Virus record (IMG/VR): IMGVR_UViG_3300025108_004499
From: a virus
Length of the DNA: 64,000 nt
Direction: 5' to 3' (one strand)
A program made the position numbers and the translations under genes. Below, one piece after another: positions 18,999-29,043 of this stretch. The notes beneath the pieces were generated by a model. It worked only from the letters and a program-made list of their open reading frames with translations, was not told the DNA's origin and did not search any database. Position 1 is the first letter of the stretch. Each line of letters opens with the position of its first letter.

Positions 18999-19748
18999 TT
19001 AGTCGCTTTGTGTTATATCAACGTCTTGATCATCACCAGCAAAATCAGCGTCAACCATATTATCGTTGACTCCACTTTGTGTAACTGTATAACTACTTGC
19101 ACCGCCTGTAGCATCAATTTTAACTGTGTGTCCTGCACTGTCGCCGTCACCACTTATGTTAATATCAACTACATTACCTGCACCACTTGATGTTAAATTG
19201 TTTCCACTAGCCGCACCGCCACTTGCTGTGCTTGAACTATTGTTTACAGTAACCGCAACCAATGCACTTTTGCCGTCAACGTTTGAGTTAATAACGTTTC
19301 CGTCTCCAGTGATTGTGAATCCAATTGTAGATCCATCTGCATCAGCTGTATCGCCAATGTCAAATGTAAATGCGTTTGAATCACCTGTTGCTGTAATATT
19401 TAAAGTTATGTTTTCACAATTGGTTCCACTTGTACTATCACAACTTAAATCCACTGTGTTACTATCTCCTGTAAACACCCATGTACCAGTATAAGTGTCA
19501 CCTTGGATATCTGCTACGATTGTGTTTAAGCTACCTGTTTGTGTTATAGCAAATGTCATCGAGTCACCATCTAAGTTTACGTCTGTTGTTGATGTACCGA
19601 TTACGTTATTTGCTCCGTCTTGCACAATATCTAAATCTAATGTATCACCCACTTGCTCAATGTATATGTCGTTAGCCAAAGCAGGAGCCACACTAAAGAT
19701 TAGTAGTACTAATGCTGTTAAGCTATTTGAAATGTACTTTCTTGTCAT
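18999..19748 (-). CDS. Curlin-like secreted repeat protein (CsgA/CsgB-like)
   Basis: Signal peptide ALA|ND; repeats IEQVGD...VQDGANN, ITQTGSLN, TGDSN, TGDGN, VTQSGVND. Confidence 0.75.
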   Translation of the reverse strand: MTRKYISNSLTALVLLIFSVAPALANDIYIEQVGDTLDLDIVQDGANNVIGTSTTDVNLDGDSMTFAITQTGSLNTIVADIQGDTYTGTWVFTGDSNTVDLSCDSTSGTNCENITLNITATGDSNAFTFDIGDTADADGSTIGFTITGDGNVINSNVDGKSALVAVTVNNSSSTASGGAASGNNLTSSGAGNVVDINISGDGDSAGHTVKIDATGGASSYTVTQSGVNDNMVDADFAGDDQDVDITQSD

Positions 19749-20715
19749 TGTTGTCCCTCGTTGTATTTGTTATTATTTTTTCTTCAGCTTCTATAGGCCA
19801 ACATAAATCTTTCTCGCTACAGTACAATCTAGCTTTAGGCCATTTTTCCAATGCATCTTTTAATGGTAATGGTCTCAGCTTAGGCACCTCGCCTTTGTAT
19901 TTTGTACTGACCTCTTTAAACTTCCAAAGTCCTTCCTTTTCACCTTCATATACCAGTTGCACTACACCTGCTTCAATTGCCGCCCTTACAGCATAATTTA
20001 CTGGCTCGTTAACAGAGTAACCTGTCTCCGACTCTATCAATTTAGTTCCCATATCTAAGAACTTAAATACGTCTGCTCCAGACCTTGAACTTGCAATAGT
20101 TTTTTCTGTTGCAATACTCAATAACACCTTTCCAGTGCTAACTGATACAATTCTCATCACTACTGTGACTGTATCAACTCTATACTCAGTTTGTGCGCCT
20201 ACTCCAAGATATCTTGCACCAGCACCTCCAATAGCTACATTGCTATCGTAACCAATAATGCCGCCTTCAAGTATCAGTCCTGCAAATACCATTGGCTTTA
20301 ATGCTCTTGGACCGTTCGGTAAGTTTTTCTCGTATACTTCTCTAGTGTTACGGATCAACTGTCTTTCTTTAATCAAGTTATCCATACCTATACGTTCAAC
20401 AACTTCGAACCATGTTTTGTTGCCTATATCTTGCAGAGCTTTTATAACCCAAACCTCTGAACCTTGCGTTACTGCACTAGATAGATTAGCAATATTATCT
20501 GCAGGTTTACGTTGTCCAGTTTTATCTGAAAAACTATAAACTGCAATAGTAATTTTCTGCCCGTCTAACTCAGGAACTGCAATCATCCTGTCTGCTAATG
20601 GAGCCGGCTGTATCCTTGGTGGACCAGCATTTTCCTTTATAGCCAGTGACTGTTGCATTGTTCCACTGCATCCAGTTAGTAACAATAAGCCTATGATAGT
20701 TAAGATCTTGTTCAA
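19723..20715 (-). CDS. csgG: Curli secretion channel CsgG
   Basis: Lipobox LLTGC; AVYSF.DKTGQRKP, SSAVTQG, WF.VVER..+DNL.KERQLIR, EGGIIGYDSN, GGAGARYLG, NEPV. Confidence 0.93.
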   Translation of the reverse strand: MNKILTIIGLLLLTGCSGTMQQSLAIKENAGPPRIQPAPLADRMIAVPELDGQKITIAVYSFSDKTGQRKPADNIANLSSAVTQGSEVWVIKALQDIGNKTWFEVVERIGMDNLIKERQLIRNTREVYEKNLPNGPRALKPMVFAGLILEGGIIGYDSNVAIGGAGARYLGVGAQTEYRVDTVTVVMRIVSVSTGKVLLSIATEKTIASSRSGADVFKFLDMGTKLIESETGYSVNEPVNYAVRAAIEAGVVQLVYEGEKEGLWKFKEVSTKYKGEVPKLRPLPLKDALEKWPKARLYCSEKDLCWPIEAEEKIITNTTRDNNDKKVHFK

Positions 20716-21182
20716 AAGTTAAAATTCCCTGAGCCTGGTATTTCAATAGTAGTAGTGCTTCCATCTTCTTCAACAATGGTTAGCGTAATTGCTCCTGTTG
20801 TTGTGTCTTTAGCCCACGATATTTGCGAACCTTCGATTTCTGCTGATCCACTGTTTGCACAACTATTACCACAATCAGCGAACATACTATCTACCATTTG
20901 CTTACTTAACGTTGCGTAAATTCTTGACTCAACGTTCTTAATAAACTTATTCAGGGTAGTATTTTCTAACTCTCGTTCTAATCTTTTAGCCTCTGCGTTT
21001 GCCTCATCTTGTAAATCTTTCTTTCTATTAAATTGTAGTTGCTCAACACTTAAAACATGTGACGAGTAACCATTTCCATAATGGAAAGCTGGAGATTTAA
21101 AACCCCAAGTAAGTTCGGCGGCCACTGGCTTGCTGATTAATAACATAATTGTAACGCCTATGTATATAATACTTTTGTACAT
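20712..21182 (-). CDS. csgF: Curli assembly component CsgF
   Basis: Signal peptide then ELTWGFKSPAF (cf. F.NPxF); C-terminal G..TTIEIP; directly upstream of csgG. Confidence 0.8.
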   Translation of the reverse strand: MYKSIIYIGVTIMLLISKPVAAELTWGFKSPAFHYGNGYSSHVLSVEQLQFNRKKDLQDEANAEAKRLERELENTTLNKFIKNVESRIYATLSKQMVDSMFADCGNSCANSGSAEIEGSQISWAKDTTTGAITLTIVEEDGSTTTIEIPGSGNFNF

Positions 21183-21262
21183 TTGTCAGACTCCTATATA
21201 TGATATTTATCAGATCGTAATAGTGTTGCCTCCCTCACGCTTTACACATCTATTTATATATA

Positions 21263-21282
21263 GGTGTAAATAATTTTACACC
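21263..21282. promoter_or_regulatory. Palindromic candidate operator GGTGTAAA-N4-TTTACACC
   Basis: 8-bp inverted repeat (TGT-N10-ACA) between divergent csgF and Fis-like genes; extra TTTACAC half-site at 21241. Confidence 0.5.
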
Positions 21283-21325
21283 AATATAACATACTTACGT
21301 ATAGATAAGCATACTAAATACTTTT

Positions 21326-21556
21326 ATGACAACATATAAAGAAGAACAAGATGGATTATGGGCCGCATTAGACGAAGCATTTCCTATCAACACTAAATTA
21401 CAAACAAATCTCAATGATGAAGTTACTAAACTTGAAATGAGTCGTATAAGTGAAGCACTAAGAGAACATGATGGTAATCAAACTAAAGCCGCAAAGTCTT
21501 TGGATTTAGGTAGAGTTACATTTATTGCTAAGGCAAAAAAGTACGAATTAGTTTAA
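21326..21556 (+). CDS. Stand-alone Fis/NtrC-type HTH (HTH_8) protein
   Basis: LE...I.EAL..HDGNQTKAAKSLDLGRVTF..K.KKY. Confidence 0.85.
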   Translation: MTTYKEEQDGLWAALDEAFPINTKLQTNLNDEVTKLEMSRISEALREHDGNQTKAAKSLDLGRVTFIAKAKKYELV

Positions 21557-21602
21557 TATTATTTCTTTGTAGTGAGGCGCCCTCACGCTCTACTATAAGT
21601 AT

Positions 21603-22289
21603 TTATTTAATCTTAGGAAAGAGCATGTCTGTGCAGAATTTATCAACGTCTGCTTCATTAAGCCCTAGGCTTTTCATTACTCTTGGGGTATGTGGATTTT
21701 GTTGCTGATTATGGCAATAGTAGTTTTGACTTGCAATAGTTAAGTCTCTATCACCTTCGCCTGTATACTGGCCAACGGAATCAAAGTACGTTTCAAGGTT
21801 GTCAAGCGCCAGTTGAATAATAACAGTTGCTTCTTCTTCCTTTACATTGCTTGCCGCAATCATACTTGGAGTAAAGATGTTTGTTGCCCACTCGGGTAAC
21901 TCACGCTTCTTTTCTGGCACAAAGTCTTGTACTGCACTCTGATACCATTGAACCATAGGGTGATCTTCTCCGCCTGAACTAGCAGAAAAATCATGGAAAG
22001 CACCAGTCATTTTAGTCTTTCCTGCAATAACGTCAAATCCGTAAATTGGACCGTTATTGTTAAGTTGTGGAAATACACAAACATGCATCATCCACAAACC
22101 TTTAGTATCTCTTGCGTCGACTACATCAATATGAGCTCTGCGAACATGTTCGTTCTCCCATACTCTGTTAATCCAACTCCCGTCAGCCTGATTAAAATGG
22201 TCCATTCCTGGTTCATTTATTTCAGTGCCGCGGGCATTGAACATTTGAATGATATCTTCTTGACAGTCGACGAGTTGATCCCAGATCAC
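21603..22289 (-). CDS. pcyX: Ferredoxin-dependent bilin reductase, PcyX/PcyA-like
   Basis: RRAHID, MMHVCVFP, PIYGFDVIAG, AFHDFS, RELPEWA.IF, QNYYC.NQQQNPHT; Asp at the PcyA Glu76-equivalent position. Confidence 0.82.
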   Translation of the reverse strand: MIWDQLVDCQEDIIQMFNARGTEINEPGMDHFNQADGSWINRVWENEHVRRAHIDVVDARDTKGLWMMHVCVFPQLNNNGPIYGFDVIAGKTKMTGAFHDFSASSGGEDHPMVQWYQSAVQDFVPEKKRELPEWATNIFTPSMIAASNVKEEEATVIIQLALDNLETYFDSVGQYTGEGDRDLTIASQNYYCHNQQQNPHTPRVMKSLGLNEADVDKFCTDMLFPKIK

Positions 22290-22308
22290 TTTACTCTCCT
22301 ACTTAACT

Positions 22309-22902
22309 TTAGTAAGTGAAATTGTTTAGTTCTTCAAAAATTGCTGTTGAAAGTTCAAAAGCCTTATTAGCTTCGTCAGCCATGCTATCTTTAGTACGCT
22401 TACGAATTAATGCTTTCATTTCATCTACAGAATGATTCATATCTGCGAATGCATACATTCTACCTGATCCAGGTACTTTGTTTGCAATCATTTGTCCGCC
22501 ACTCAAATCGCCCATGTGTCTTACATAAACGTGTGCAAACAATTTGTCTTTATCGTGTTGACAATTTTTTACAATGTGACTTCTGTATGCTTCTGCTGAA
22601 GGTGCTATCTGTGGTGGATTTGAACCATCTTCGGCTCCACCTAATTCTACGTAGTCTGCCCAAATATCATCTGCTTGGATTAAACCATCTAATGGTAGAT
22701 CGTCATCCGGCATTGATAAATCTTCTGGTCCAAAACAACCCATGCTTAGTGCAACATCTTCTAGGATGTCATATACTAACCACATGTTGTATAGGTATGT
22801 TTTATATTTTACTTCGCTCATTTTGCCAGACATCATTTCTCTTGCGAATTCCTGACGTTCTGCGTTCTGATGAGCGGCTTGTGTTAGTGATGCTAAACTC
22901 AT
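22309..22902 (-). CDS. hemO: Heme oxygenase
   Basis: Proximal His in T..AHQNAE; AHVYVRHMGDLSGGQMI; EAN.AF. Confidence 0.92.
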   Translation of the reverse strand: MSLASLTQAAHQNAERQEFAREMMSGKMSEVKYKTYLYNMWLVYDILEDVALSMGCFGPEDLSMPDDDLPLDGLIQADDIWADYVELGGAEDGSNPPQIAPSAEAYRSHIVKNCQHDKDKLFAHVYVRHMGDLSGGQMIANKVPGSGRMYAFADMNHSVDEMKALIRKRTKDSMADEANKAFELSTAIFEELNNFTY

Positions 22903-22953
22903 TTAATTACTCCTTGTGTAATAGTTATCATTCAATTTACTAGTGTATTTATA

Positions 22954-23265
22954 CTATTCTTTTTCAATTGCCACCTGTAAAGGATAGCCATGTTCTCTAG
23001 AAATCTTAGTACATTCCACTGCTTTTTGTTCAGCAATCTCATATGTGTATAGTCCAACTACTGCTGAACCTTTCTCATGTATTGCCATAGTTAGTTCTTG
23101 TGCAGTTTGTGCTGAATGCCTAAAAATATCTACTAATAAATCTACAACAAAATCCATAGGAGTTTCGTTGTCGTTAGCAAAGATTACTTTGTATTTGCCC
23201 GGCTCTTGGACAACTTCTTTAATCTTTTCTTTTACATTAATTTCTGTTTCTAGTTCTACGCTCAT
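22954..23265 (-). CDS. clpS: ClpS N-degron adaptor
   Basis: YKVIF.NDN.TPMDFVV, IHEKGSAVVG.Y.YEIAEQK, YPL. Confidence 0.95.
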   Translation of the reverse strand: MSVELETEINVKEKIKEVVQEPGKYKVIFANDNETPMDFVVDLLVDIFRHSAQTAQELTMAIHEKGSAVVGLYTYEIAEQKAVECTKISREHGYPLQVAIEKE

Positions 23266-23313
23266 ATCATTTTCCTTTGTTTCGGGGGAGTTATTGCACT
23301 CCCCCTAGACTGT

Positions 23314-23772
23314 TTACTTACTTTCACCGTCAATTGTAAGACCATCATTGATCTTAATTGTTTTAGGCTTTAATGCCTCTGGCAATTCACGTTCTAAGTG
23401 AATGTTAAGCATGCCTAGCTCAAGGCTTGCATTTTTAACATTTACATGATCTGCAAGTGTAAACTCCCTGCGGAAACTACGTCCGCCAATACCTTTGTGT
23501 AGGTAATTGACTTGTTCATCTCCTTTAGGGGCAGTTCCTTCAATCTTTAGTGTATCACCGTCTTTAGTAATATTAAGATTGTCCATACCAAAGCCAGCAA
23601 CTGCGACTGAGATCATATACTCGTCATCGTTGATTTGTGCTATGTTGTATGGTGGATACCCATTTCCGTTTGGACTATTTGCGAACTGCGTGTTCATTTG
23701 TTCAAATAATCTATCAAAGCCTACTGTGGCTCTGTGGAAGTGTGGTAGGTCTAGAGTTGTTAGTCTTGTCAT
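23314..23772 (-). CDS. Small heat-shock protein (Hsp20/IbpA-like)
   Basis: VGFDRLF, YPPYNI, AVAGF, YLHKGI..R.F.R.F.LA. Confidence 0.95.
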   Translation of the reverse strand: MTRLTTLDLPHFHRATVGFDRLFEQMNTQFANSPNGNGYPPYNIAQINDDEYMISVAVAGFGMDNLNITKDGDTLKIEGTAPKGDEQVNYLHKGIGGRSFRREFTLADHVNVKNASLELGMLNIHLERELPEALKPKTIKINDGLTIDGESK

Positions 23773-23853
23773 TGTTTTCTCCTTATATTAAGCAAGATTA
23801 ATTTTACAGTCCCTTATGGGCACTGCATGTACATTGAGCTCTTCTCTTTGTAC
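23773..23853 (-). promoter_or_regulatory. ROSE-like RNA thermometer in the Hsp20 5' UTR
   Basis: CTTGCT-TAATAT-AAGGAG: U(U/C)GCU opposite the Shine-Dalgarno with a bulged G; two upstream hairpins. Confidence 0.65.
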
Positions 23854-23857
23854 GTTA

Positions 23858-24976
23858 TTATTTATCATCTGACGCATATACTCCATTAAATTGTTGAGTA
23901 CAACGTACAAACGTTGTGCATTTGCTAAGTTGCTTTAGCTTCAAAGCGCCTGCGTATGTGCAAGTACTACGCAAACCGCCTAGTATATCCTGCACTGTAA
24001 CCGCGACATCGCCCCTATACGGAACAAAAACTTCGCGGCCTTCTGATGAACGATAGTCTTTAAGTCCACCAAAATGCTTTGTGTTAGCGGCATCACTACT
24101 CATACCGTAGAACTGTACAAACTGTTTTTCTTGTACTTTACGTTTATGATTACTTAAATGATCGCCAACTTCATATTCTAATTCATCTGTCTGATAGTAC
24201 TTGGTAATTACTTCACCGCCGCCTTGATCATGGCCAGCAAGCATACCACCGAGCATAACATAGTCTGCTCCACCTGCAAAGGCCTTAGCAACATCACCAG
24301 GGCAAGTACACCCACCGTCAGCAATAATGTGACCCCCAAGTCCATGGGCGGCATCTGCACATTCGATGACGGCAGATAACTGCGGATATCCAACACCAGT
24401 TTGTATCCGAGTAGTGCAAACACTCCCGGGACCAATACCCACTTTAACAATATCTGCTCCACTTAAAATTAACTCCTCTGTCATTTCTCCGGTAACCACG
24501 TTACCTGCTATAATTACTATATCTGGAAACTTTTCACGTACTTTACGTACTCTTGCCGCAAAGTGATCCGAGTATCCATTTGCAATGTCCATACAAACAT
24601 ATTTTAAATTATGTACTACATTGTTGTACACATCAACCAACTTATGAAAGTCAGCATCACTTGTACCAATACTCATAGCAACATTGGCTGTACGCTCTGG
24701 TATGTCACTGTTAAAGTATTCCGTAAGTTGTTCTACTGTATATGTCTTTACTAGACACGTAAAGATGTTGCCTTCAGCAAGTTTGTCTGCCATTTCAAAT
24801 GTACCAACACCGTCCATGTTAGCCGCCATAATAGGAACACCTTCGTATTCTGCTTTACTGTTTCTAAATTTAAACTTGCGTTCAAGCCTAACTTGTTTGC
24901 GTGATACAAGTGTTGAACGCTTTGGACGTATTAATACATCTTTGTAGTCTAGTTTGATATCTTGATCAATCCGCAT
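23858..24976 (-). CDS. guaC: GMP reductase
   Basis: [58 protein letters not shown]. Confidence 0.95.
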   Translation of the reverse strand: MRIDQDIKLDYKDVLIRPKRSTLVSRKQVRLERKFKFRNSKAEYEGVPIMAANMDGVGTFEMADKLAEGNIFTCLVKTYTVEQLTEYFNSDIPERTANVAMSIGTSDADFHKLVDVYNNVVHNLKYVCMDIANGYSDHFAARVRKVREKFPDIVIIAGNVVTGEMTEELILSGADIVKVGIGPGSVCTTRIQTGVGYPQLSAVIECADAAHGLGGHIIADGGCTCPGDVAKAFAGGADYVMLGGMLAGHDQGGGEVITKYYQTDELEYEVGDHLSNHKRKVQEKQFVQFYGMSSDAANTKHFGGLKDYRSSEGREVFVPYRGDVAVTVQDILGGLRSTCTYAGALKLKQLSKCTTFVRCTQQFNGVYASDDK

Positions 24977-25553
24977 TTTTTGGTTTCATCCCGTAATTAA
25001 AAGAAATACTAATTCTATCTTCGTTGGATAGGTTAGGTTGTACACTATGCTTTAACCAGCCTGGAAAGATATAAATTGCATTTGTCATTGCTTTGTATGT
25101 TGTTGCTGTACTTGTAAAGTAATTAGGCTTCTCCATAGGTGGAAGGAAATATTCAGCATTGTCACCTCTTTCAAAAAAGATGTTACCTTGCTCTGGAGTT
25201 GCTTTTACATAATATACTCCACTAAGTATACTACCTGCATGATTATGCAAGTGATTATATGATCCTGGTGTATTTACATTGATCCAAATATTTTGAATTT
25301 CTAGTTTTGGTATATCTGCTTGTACGGCACAATTATTAACTTGTTCTGTAATTGTTCCAACTAACTTATCAAATTCTTCGTTATCACCATGTCGCATTGG
25401 GCCACTTTGCCAACCTATATAGTTTGATACTTGTACACCTTCGTCAAGTTGTTTACGGTCTTGAGCATATGTTTCAATTGCAGAATTATCTACACCGTCC
25501 ATCATACCAGACCAAATGACCGAAGGGAACCACTGTTCAGCAGTAAGTGCCAT
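24966..25553 (-). CDS. 2OG-Fe(II) oxygenase (TIGR02466-like)
   Basis: [31 protein letters not shown]. Confidence 0.88.
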   Translation of the reverse strand: MALTAEQWFPSVIWSGMMDGVDNSAIETYAQDRKQLDEGVQVSNYIGWQSGPMRHGDNEEFDKLVGTITEQVNNCAVQADIPKLEIQNIWINVNTPGSYNHLHNHAGSILSGVYYVKATPEQGNIFFERGDNAEYFLPPMEKPNYFTSTATTYKAMTNAIYIFPGWLKHSVQPNLSNEDRISISFNYGMKPKNAD

Positions 25554-25849
25554 TAGTAACCTCTATCGACTTTTGATTTTTCTTGTAATTTTAACCAACG
25601 CTTACGTCCAGCCGCTTTTGCTTTTTTACGTTTAGCACTAGGCTTTTCGTAGTGTTGTCTTTCTTTGTATTCTTGTAGAATACCTTCTTCTTGAACTTTC
25701 TTCTTAAAAATTCTAAGAGCTTTCATAACGTCACCGTTACGCACTTCTACATAAAGACCTCTTTTAGATGCCATTGGATCTTTGTTGTCAAAGTTACGTC
25801 TTGGTTTAAAGTTGCTTGAACCTCTTCTGTTATTATTGTTGTACGCCAA
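25553..25849 (-). CDS. rpsU: Ribosomal protein bS21 with N-terminal extension
   Basis: V.V.NG...ALR.FKKKV...GIL.E.KERQHYEKPS.KRK. Confidence 0.88.
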   Translation of the reverse strand: MAYNNNNRRGSSNFKPRRNFDNKDPMASKRGLYVEVRNGDVMKALRIFKKKVQEEGILQEYKERQHYEKPSAKRKKAKAAGRKRWLKLQEKSKVDRGY

Positions 25850-26225
25850 AGTAGTTTACTCCTTCCATAAATTGTTTTAGTTCGTATATTCTATTATTAT
25901 TAATTACATTATACACTGTTTCAGGGGTGTTTGTCAAGTAAAAAGTTTTACCAAAACCTAACAAATATCCAATAATCCAATGCGAAACATTAGTATTATC
26001 AATATCCAAAATAATATAATCTACAACCTGTGATACTTCTATTAGCCAACCTAGGTTAACTTCTGCATTCTCATGTAAGTATAAATTTACATCATTCTCA
26101 AACTGTTGAGCATAATGGTTAAAATTTTCTTTAATTGTATCACTAGGGTTTACTAACAACAAACTAGGATTGTCGTTGAATAGTTTATCAGGTGAAGTGA
26201 TTAAGTTTAATACAGGATCAGACAT
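25833..26225 (-). CDS. Hypothetical protein
   Basis: 130-aa ORF in operon. Confidence 0.6.
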   Translation of the reverse strand: MSDPVLNLITSPDKLFNDNPSLLLVNPSDTIKENFNHYAQQFENDVNLYLHENAEVNLGWLIEVSQVVDYIILDIDNTNVSHWIIGYLLGFGKTFYLTNTPETVYNVINNNRIYELKQFMEGVNYFGVQQ

Positions 26226-26230
26226 TAATA

Positions 26231-28255
26231 TTACTTATTGTTGTCGTCTTGTATTTTCTTCCAAACTGAACTTTCACTTTGTTCTGCATTTTGTACATAA
26301 CCTTCTTGTTCATTTTCTATTGGTGCCCATGGTAGTTCGTGTATTCTACCTGACACATATGCTTGTTTCCAATCCTTTATACTTTGATCAGGATTGTCAT
26401 CTTTCCATTTACGTTTTGCTTTTGTCCATTCCGCATCATTTTCGTACTTTGCAACAAGAGTAGCTCTTTCTTTAATCTCTTGTGATTTAAGATTGTCGTC
26501 TCCAAACATCACTGCTTGTTCTTGAGCAACTTCTTTCTCTGCGGCCTCAACCCATTTGTTCCATTGTTCAATGTCACTAGGTTCTTCTTTTAATTCTTCC
26601 GATGATTCTTGTTCTTTTTTTTTAGGTTCTTCTTTCGGAGTATCTGCTAGTTGCTCTAGTATTTCTTTATCTTCTTCCATAATCTCTTCAGCAACTTTAA
26701 CTGCTTCGTCTACAGGCTCCTCTTCAGGAGCATCAGGCTTTTTTGGCGTTTCATTCCTCGCAATCATATTACCACGATTAGTTTCATAGTCTTTCCATTC
26801 TTTGCTTCTTCCATTCTTTCTAGCAAACTCAAATGTGTATTGTGAGGCAATCAATAGCAATACTGCTAGTGGATCAAACACAAAGATAATAATCATAATG
26901 ACCCAACGTACTGCTTCTTCAAGCATTGTGTTGTCAGCAGTTTCACCATAAACAAATTCAGCAATGTATTTGATTGGCCCTACTTCAGCTTCGAGCAAAC
27001 GATACTCGCCTTCTAGTTTGTATTTCTTTTCAGTTAGTACATCTATTTCGCCTTCAGCAGTTTTAATTTTTAATAGTTGTTCATCTACAGACGCATCAAT
27101 TTCATCTGCTTTATCTGTTTGTGCTAGTTGTGAACGTAGACGTTCAATTAGTGCTTGACTGTTAACTACTGAGTCTTCAGCACTCTTACGAAGTCTTTGT
27201 ATTTCATCTCTTGCTGTTTGTATAACAGGTGATTCTGTTTGACGTACTTCATCAATCTTACCTAGCATTACAAGTTCACGTTCTTTGAGTGCAGGTATTT
27301 GTACTTCACGTATATCTTTAACTACATTTGCTAAACGGAAACGTTCCATCTTAACTGTTTTAGTTGCTTCGTTACGTACTGACGCTACTTCGCCTTGTAT
27401 TTGTGTAATTCTATCACGTTGTCCTTGTACCCATTTAGCAAGAGCAGTTCTAGTGTTGCCACCAAATAGCCCGTCACTTGATACACCAATGATTGCTTGT
27501 CCGGCACGTATCTCGCCTTTTTCAGTTGATTGTAATTGATTAGTTACACGAATAATTTCTTGTTCTAGTGCATCTATTTGTGCTAGTAAAGGTTCAACTC
27601 CACTGTTGTCTGTGTCTAAGTTTTCAATCTTTGCTTCATACTCTTTGGCACTAGTTTCTAAACGTAGAACTTCTGCTTGTATATTTGTTAATTGATCTTC
27701 ATAAGGCTTAGTACGACTTGTGTCAGTTGCTCTAGCATCTGTAATAATTTTGTTCTGTTGTTCAATAGCAGGTTTCATACGATCAAACGCTTTGTCTATA
27801 CGATCTTGCTCTTTGTCAATTTGTGCTTGTAAGTTAGCATCACTACCTGTACCACTTGTTTCAAGTGCTTCAATCTTATCGTCAGCACGTTTAATAATTG
27901 CTTCAAGTCTAATGACTTCACTTTCAATCTGCTGTACTTGTGCAACACTTTCTTCGCCTGCACTTGTTTGTTCAATATGTGCTTTTGATAAGAAGCCAAA
28001 GATACCCATGCTTGTGATAAACATGAGTACAAGAACTGCTGTTGCAAGGTAGTACTTTAACCACCACCTAGCTTGACTCCAATACTTGTGTAGCCAAACT
28101 GCTGTAACTAATTTACCTATTTCTAAAACACCACCCATAATCATAATGGGTACTGCCGCGGCCGCAAAGATTGCAACTAAACCTGCGATACTATAATATA
28201 TCGCTACAGCCGAGATACTCAAAGCCGTAATTAAAACTAATATTCCTAATGCCAT
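26231..28255 (-). CDS. Membrane-anchored long coiled-coil protein with embedded peptidoglycan-binding-like motif
   Basis: 3 N-terminal TMs, coiled coil, IRAGQAIIGVSSDGLFGGNTRTAL, EVGPIKY...IIFVFDPLA TM, acidic tail. Confidence 0.7.
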   Translation of the reverse strand: MALGILVLITALSISAVAIYYSIAGLVAIFAAAAVPIMIMGGVLEIGKLVTAVWLHKYWSQARWWLKYYLATAVLVLMFITSMGIFGFLSKAHIEQTSAGEESVAQVQQIESEVIRLEAIIKRADDKIEALETSGTGSDANLQAQIDKEQDRIDKAFDRMKPAIEQQNKIITDARATDTSRTKPYEDQLTNIQAEVLRLETSAKEYEAKIENLDTDNSGVEPLLAQIDALEQEIIRVTNQLQSTEKGEIRAGQAIIGVSSDGLFGGNTRTALAKWVQGQRDRITQIQGEVASVRNEATKTVKMERFRLANVVKDIREVQIPALKERELVMLGKIDEVRQTESPVIQTARDEIQRLRKSAEDSVVNSQALIERLRSQLAQTDKADEIDASVDEQLLKIKTAEGEIDVLTEKKYKLEGEYRLLEAEVGPIKYIAEFVYGETADNTMLEEAVRWVIMIIIFVFDPLAVLLLIASQYTFEFARKNGRSKEWKDYETNRGNMIARNETPKKPDAPEEEPVDEAVKVAEEIMEEDKEILEQLADTPKEEPKKKEQESSEELKEEPSDIEQWNKWVEAAEKEVAQEQAVMFGDDNLKSQEIKERATLVAKYENDAEWTKAKRKWKDDNPDQSIKDWKQAYVSGRIHELPWAPIENEQEGYVQNAEQSESSVWKKIQDDNNK

Positions 28256-28283
28256 GTATTATTCCTGTTCTACAATGTAATAT

Positions 28284-28723
28284 TTATCGGATAAAACGCC
28301 AGGAATTATCTACTGCATTAATACATGCTGTTTCTTTAAAGTCTCTCTGCTTGTTATTGTAAACAATTTGACTCATAATTACCCGACAATAACCACTACC
28401 TTGTGGATATGTCATAGATACTTTTACAGCACCTTGGGCACCTGTGTTACCGTTATACCAACGAGTAACTTCTCCGTTCTGCAAGTTATTTAGTGCAAAG
28501 AACACTGACTGTTCTTGCTGTTGCTGATCGTATGGCTCCATTCGATTAATTGTCCAAGACATATAATTTAGCATAGCACCTACACTAGTGTCTACTGGTT
28601 GGTAGTCAGACTGTGTACTTGCATACGAACTTTTACTTGTATGTGTTAGTGTATTTTGTGCCGAACAAGCAGATAACAATCCAATACTAATTGTAAGGAT
28701 GGTTAACGATTTCCCAAGTGCCA
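28284..28723 (-). CDS. Lipoprotein, 17-kDa surface antigen (RT0821/Lpp0805)-like
   Basis: Lipobox LSAC; W.N..TG..G.V, YCR, ETAC, WR. Confidence 0.75.
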
Positions 28724-29043
28724 TCAATTTTCTGACACACGAAACCACGTTGTCTAACACGTTTTCCATTAAGATTAATAACATAATAATGCTCCCTGCA
28801 ATCCTTGGCCATGCCACTGTATGCTAGAAAATGTTTGTCTTTAGGATCGTCTGTACAATTTACATCAACCCTACTGTTTGCCTTATTACCATTCTTCAAA
28901 GTATACTCACTTTTAGTATGACAATACTGCGGTTCGAACTGTGCCATAGTCGGCATAGTGTTGGAGGAGCAAGCCGATAATGCCAACACTGCTCCTACAA
29001 TTATAAATGTTTTAGTTGTTGTTAGATGCGATAACTTTTGCAT
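28687..29043 (-). CDS. Lipoprotein
   Basis: Lipobox LSAC; G.VCQK.DGTWEI. Confidence 0.65.
   Translation of the reverse strand: MQKLSHLTTTKTFIIVGAVLALSACSSNTMPTMAQFEPQYCHTKSEYTLKNGNKANSRVDVNCTDDPKDKHFLAYSGMAKDCREHYYVINLNGKRVRQRGFVCQKIDGTWEIVNHPYN

Noticed and set aside
21603-22902. Cyanophage assignment from ho1 plus pcyA/pebS
   Set aside because: No photosynthesis genes in the window; ALAS, permuted tmRNA, pseudoazurin and DUF1127 indicate an alphaproteobacterial host, and the reductase looks PcyX-like.
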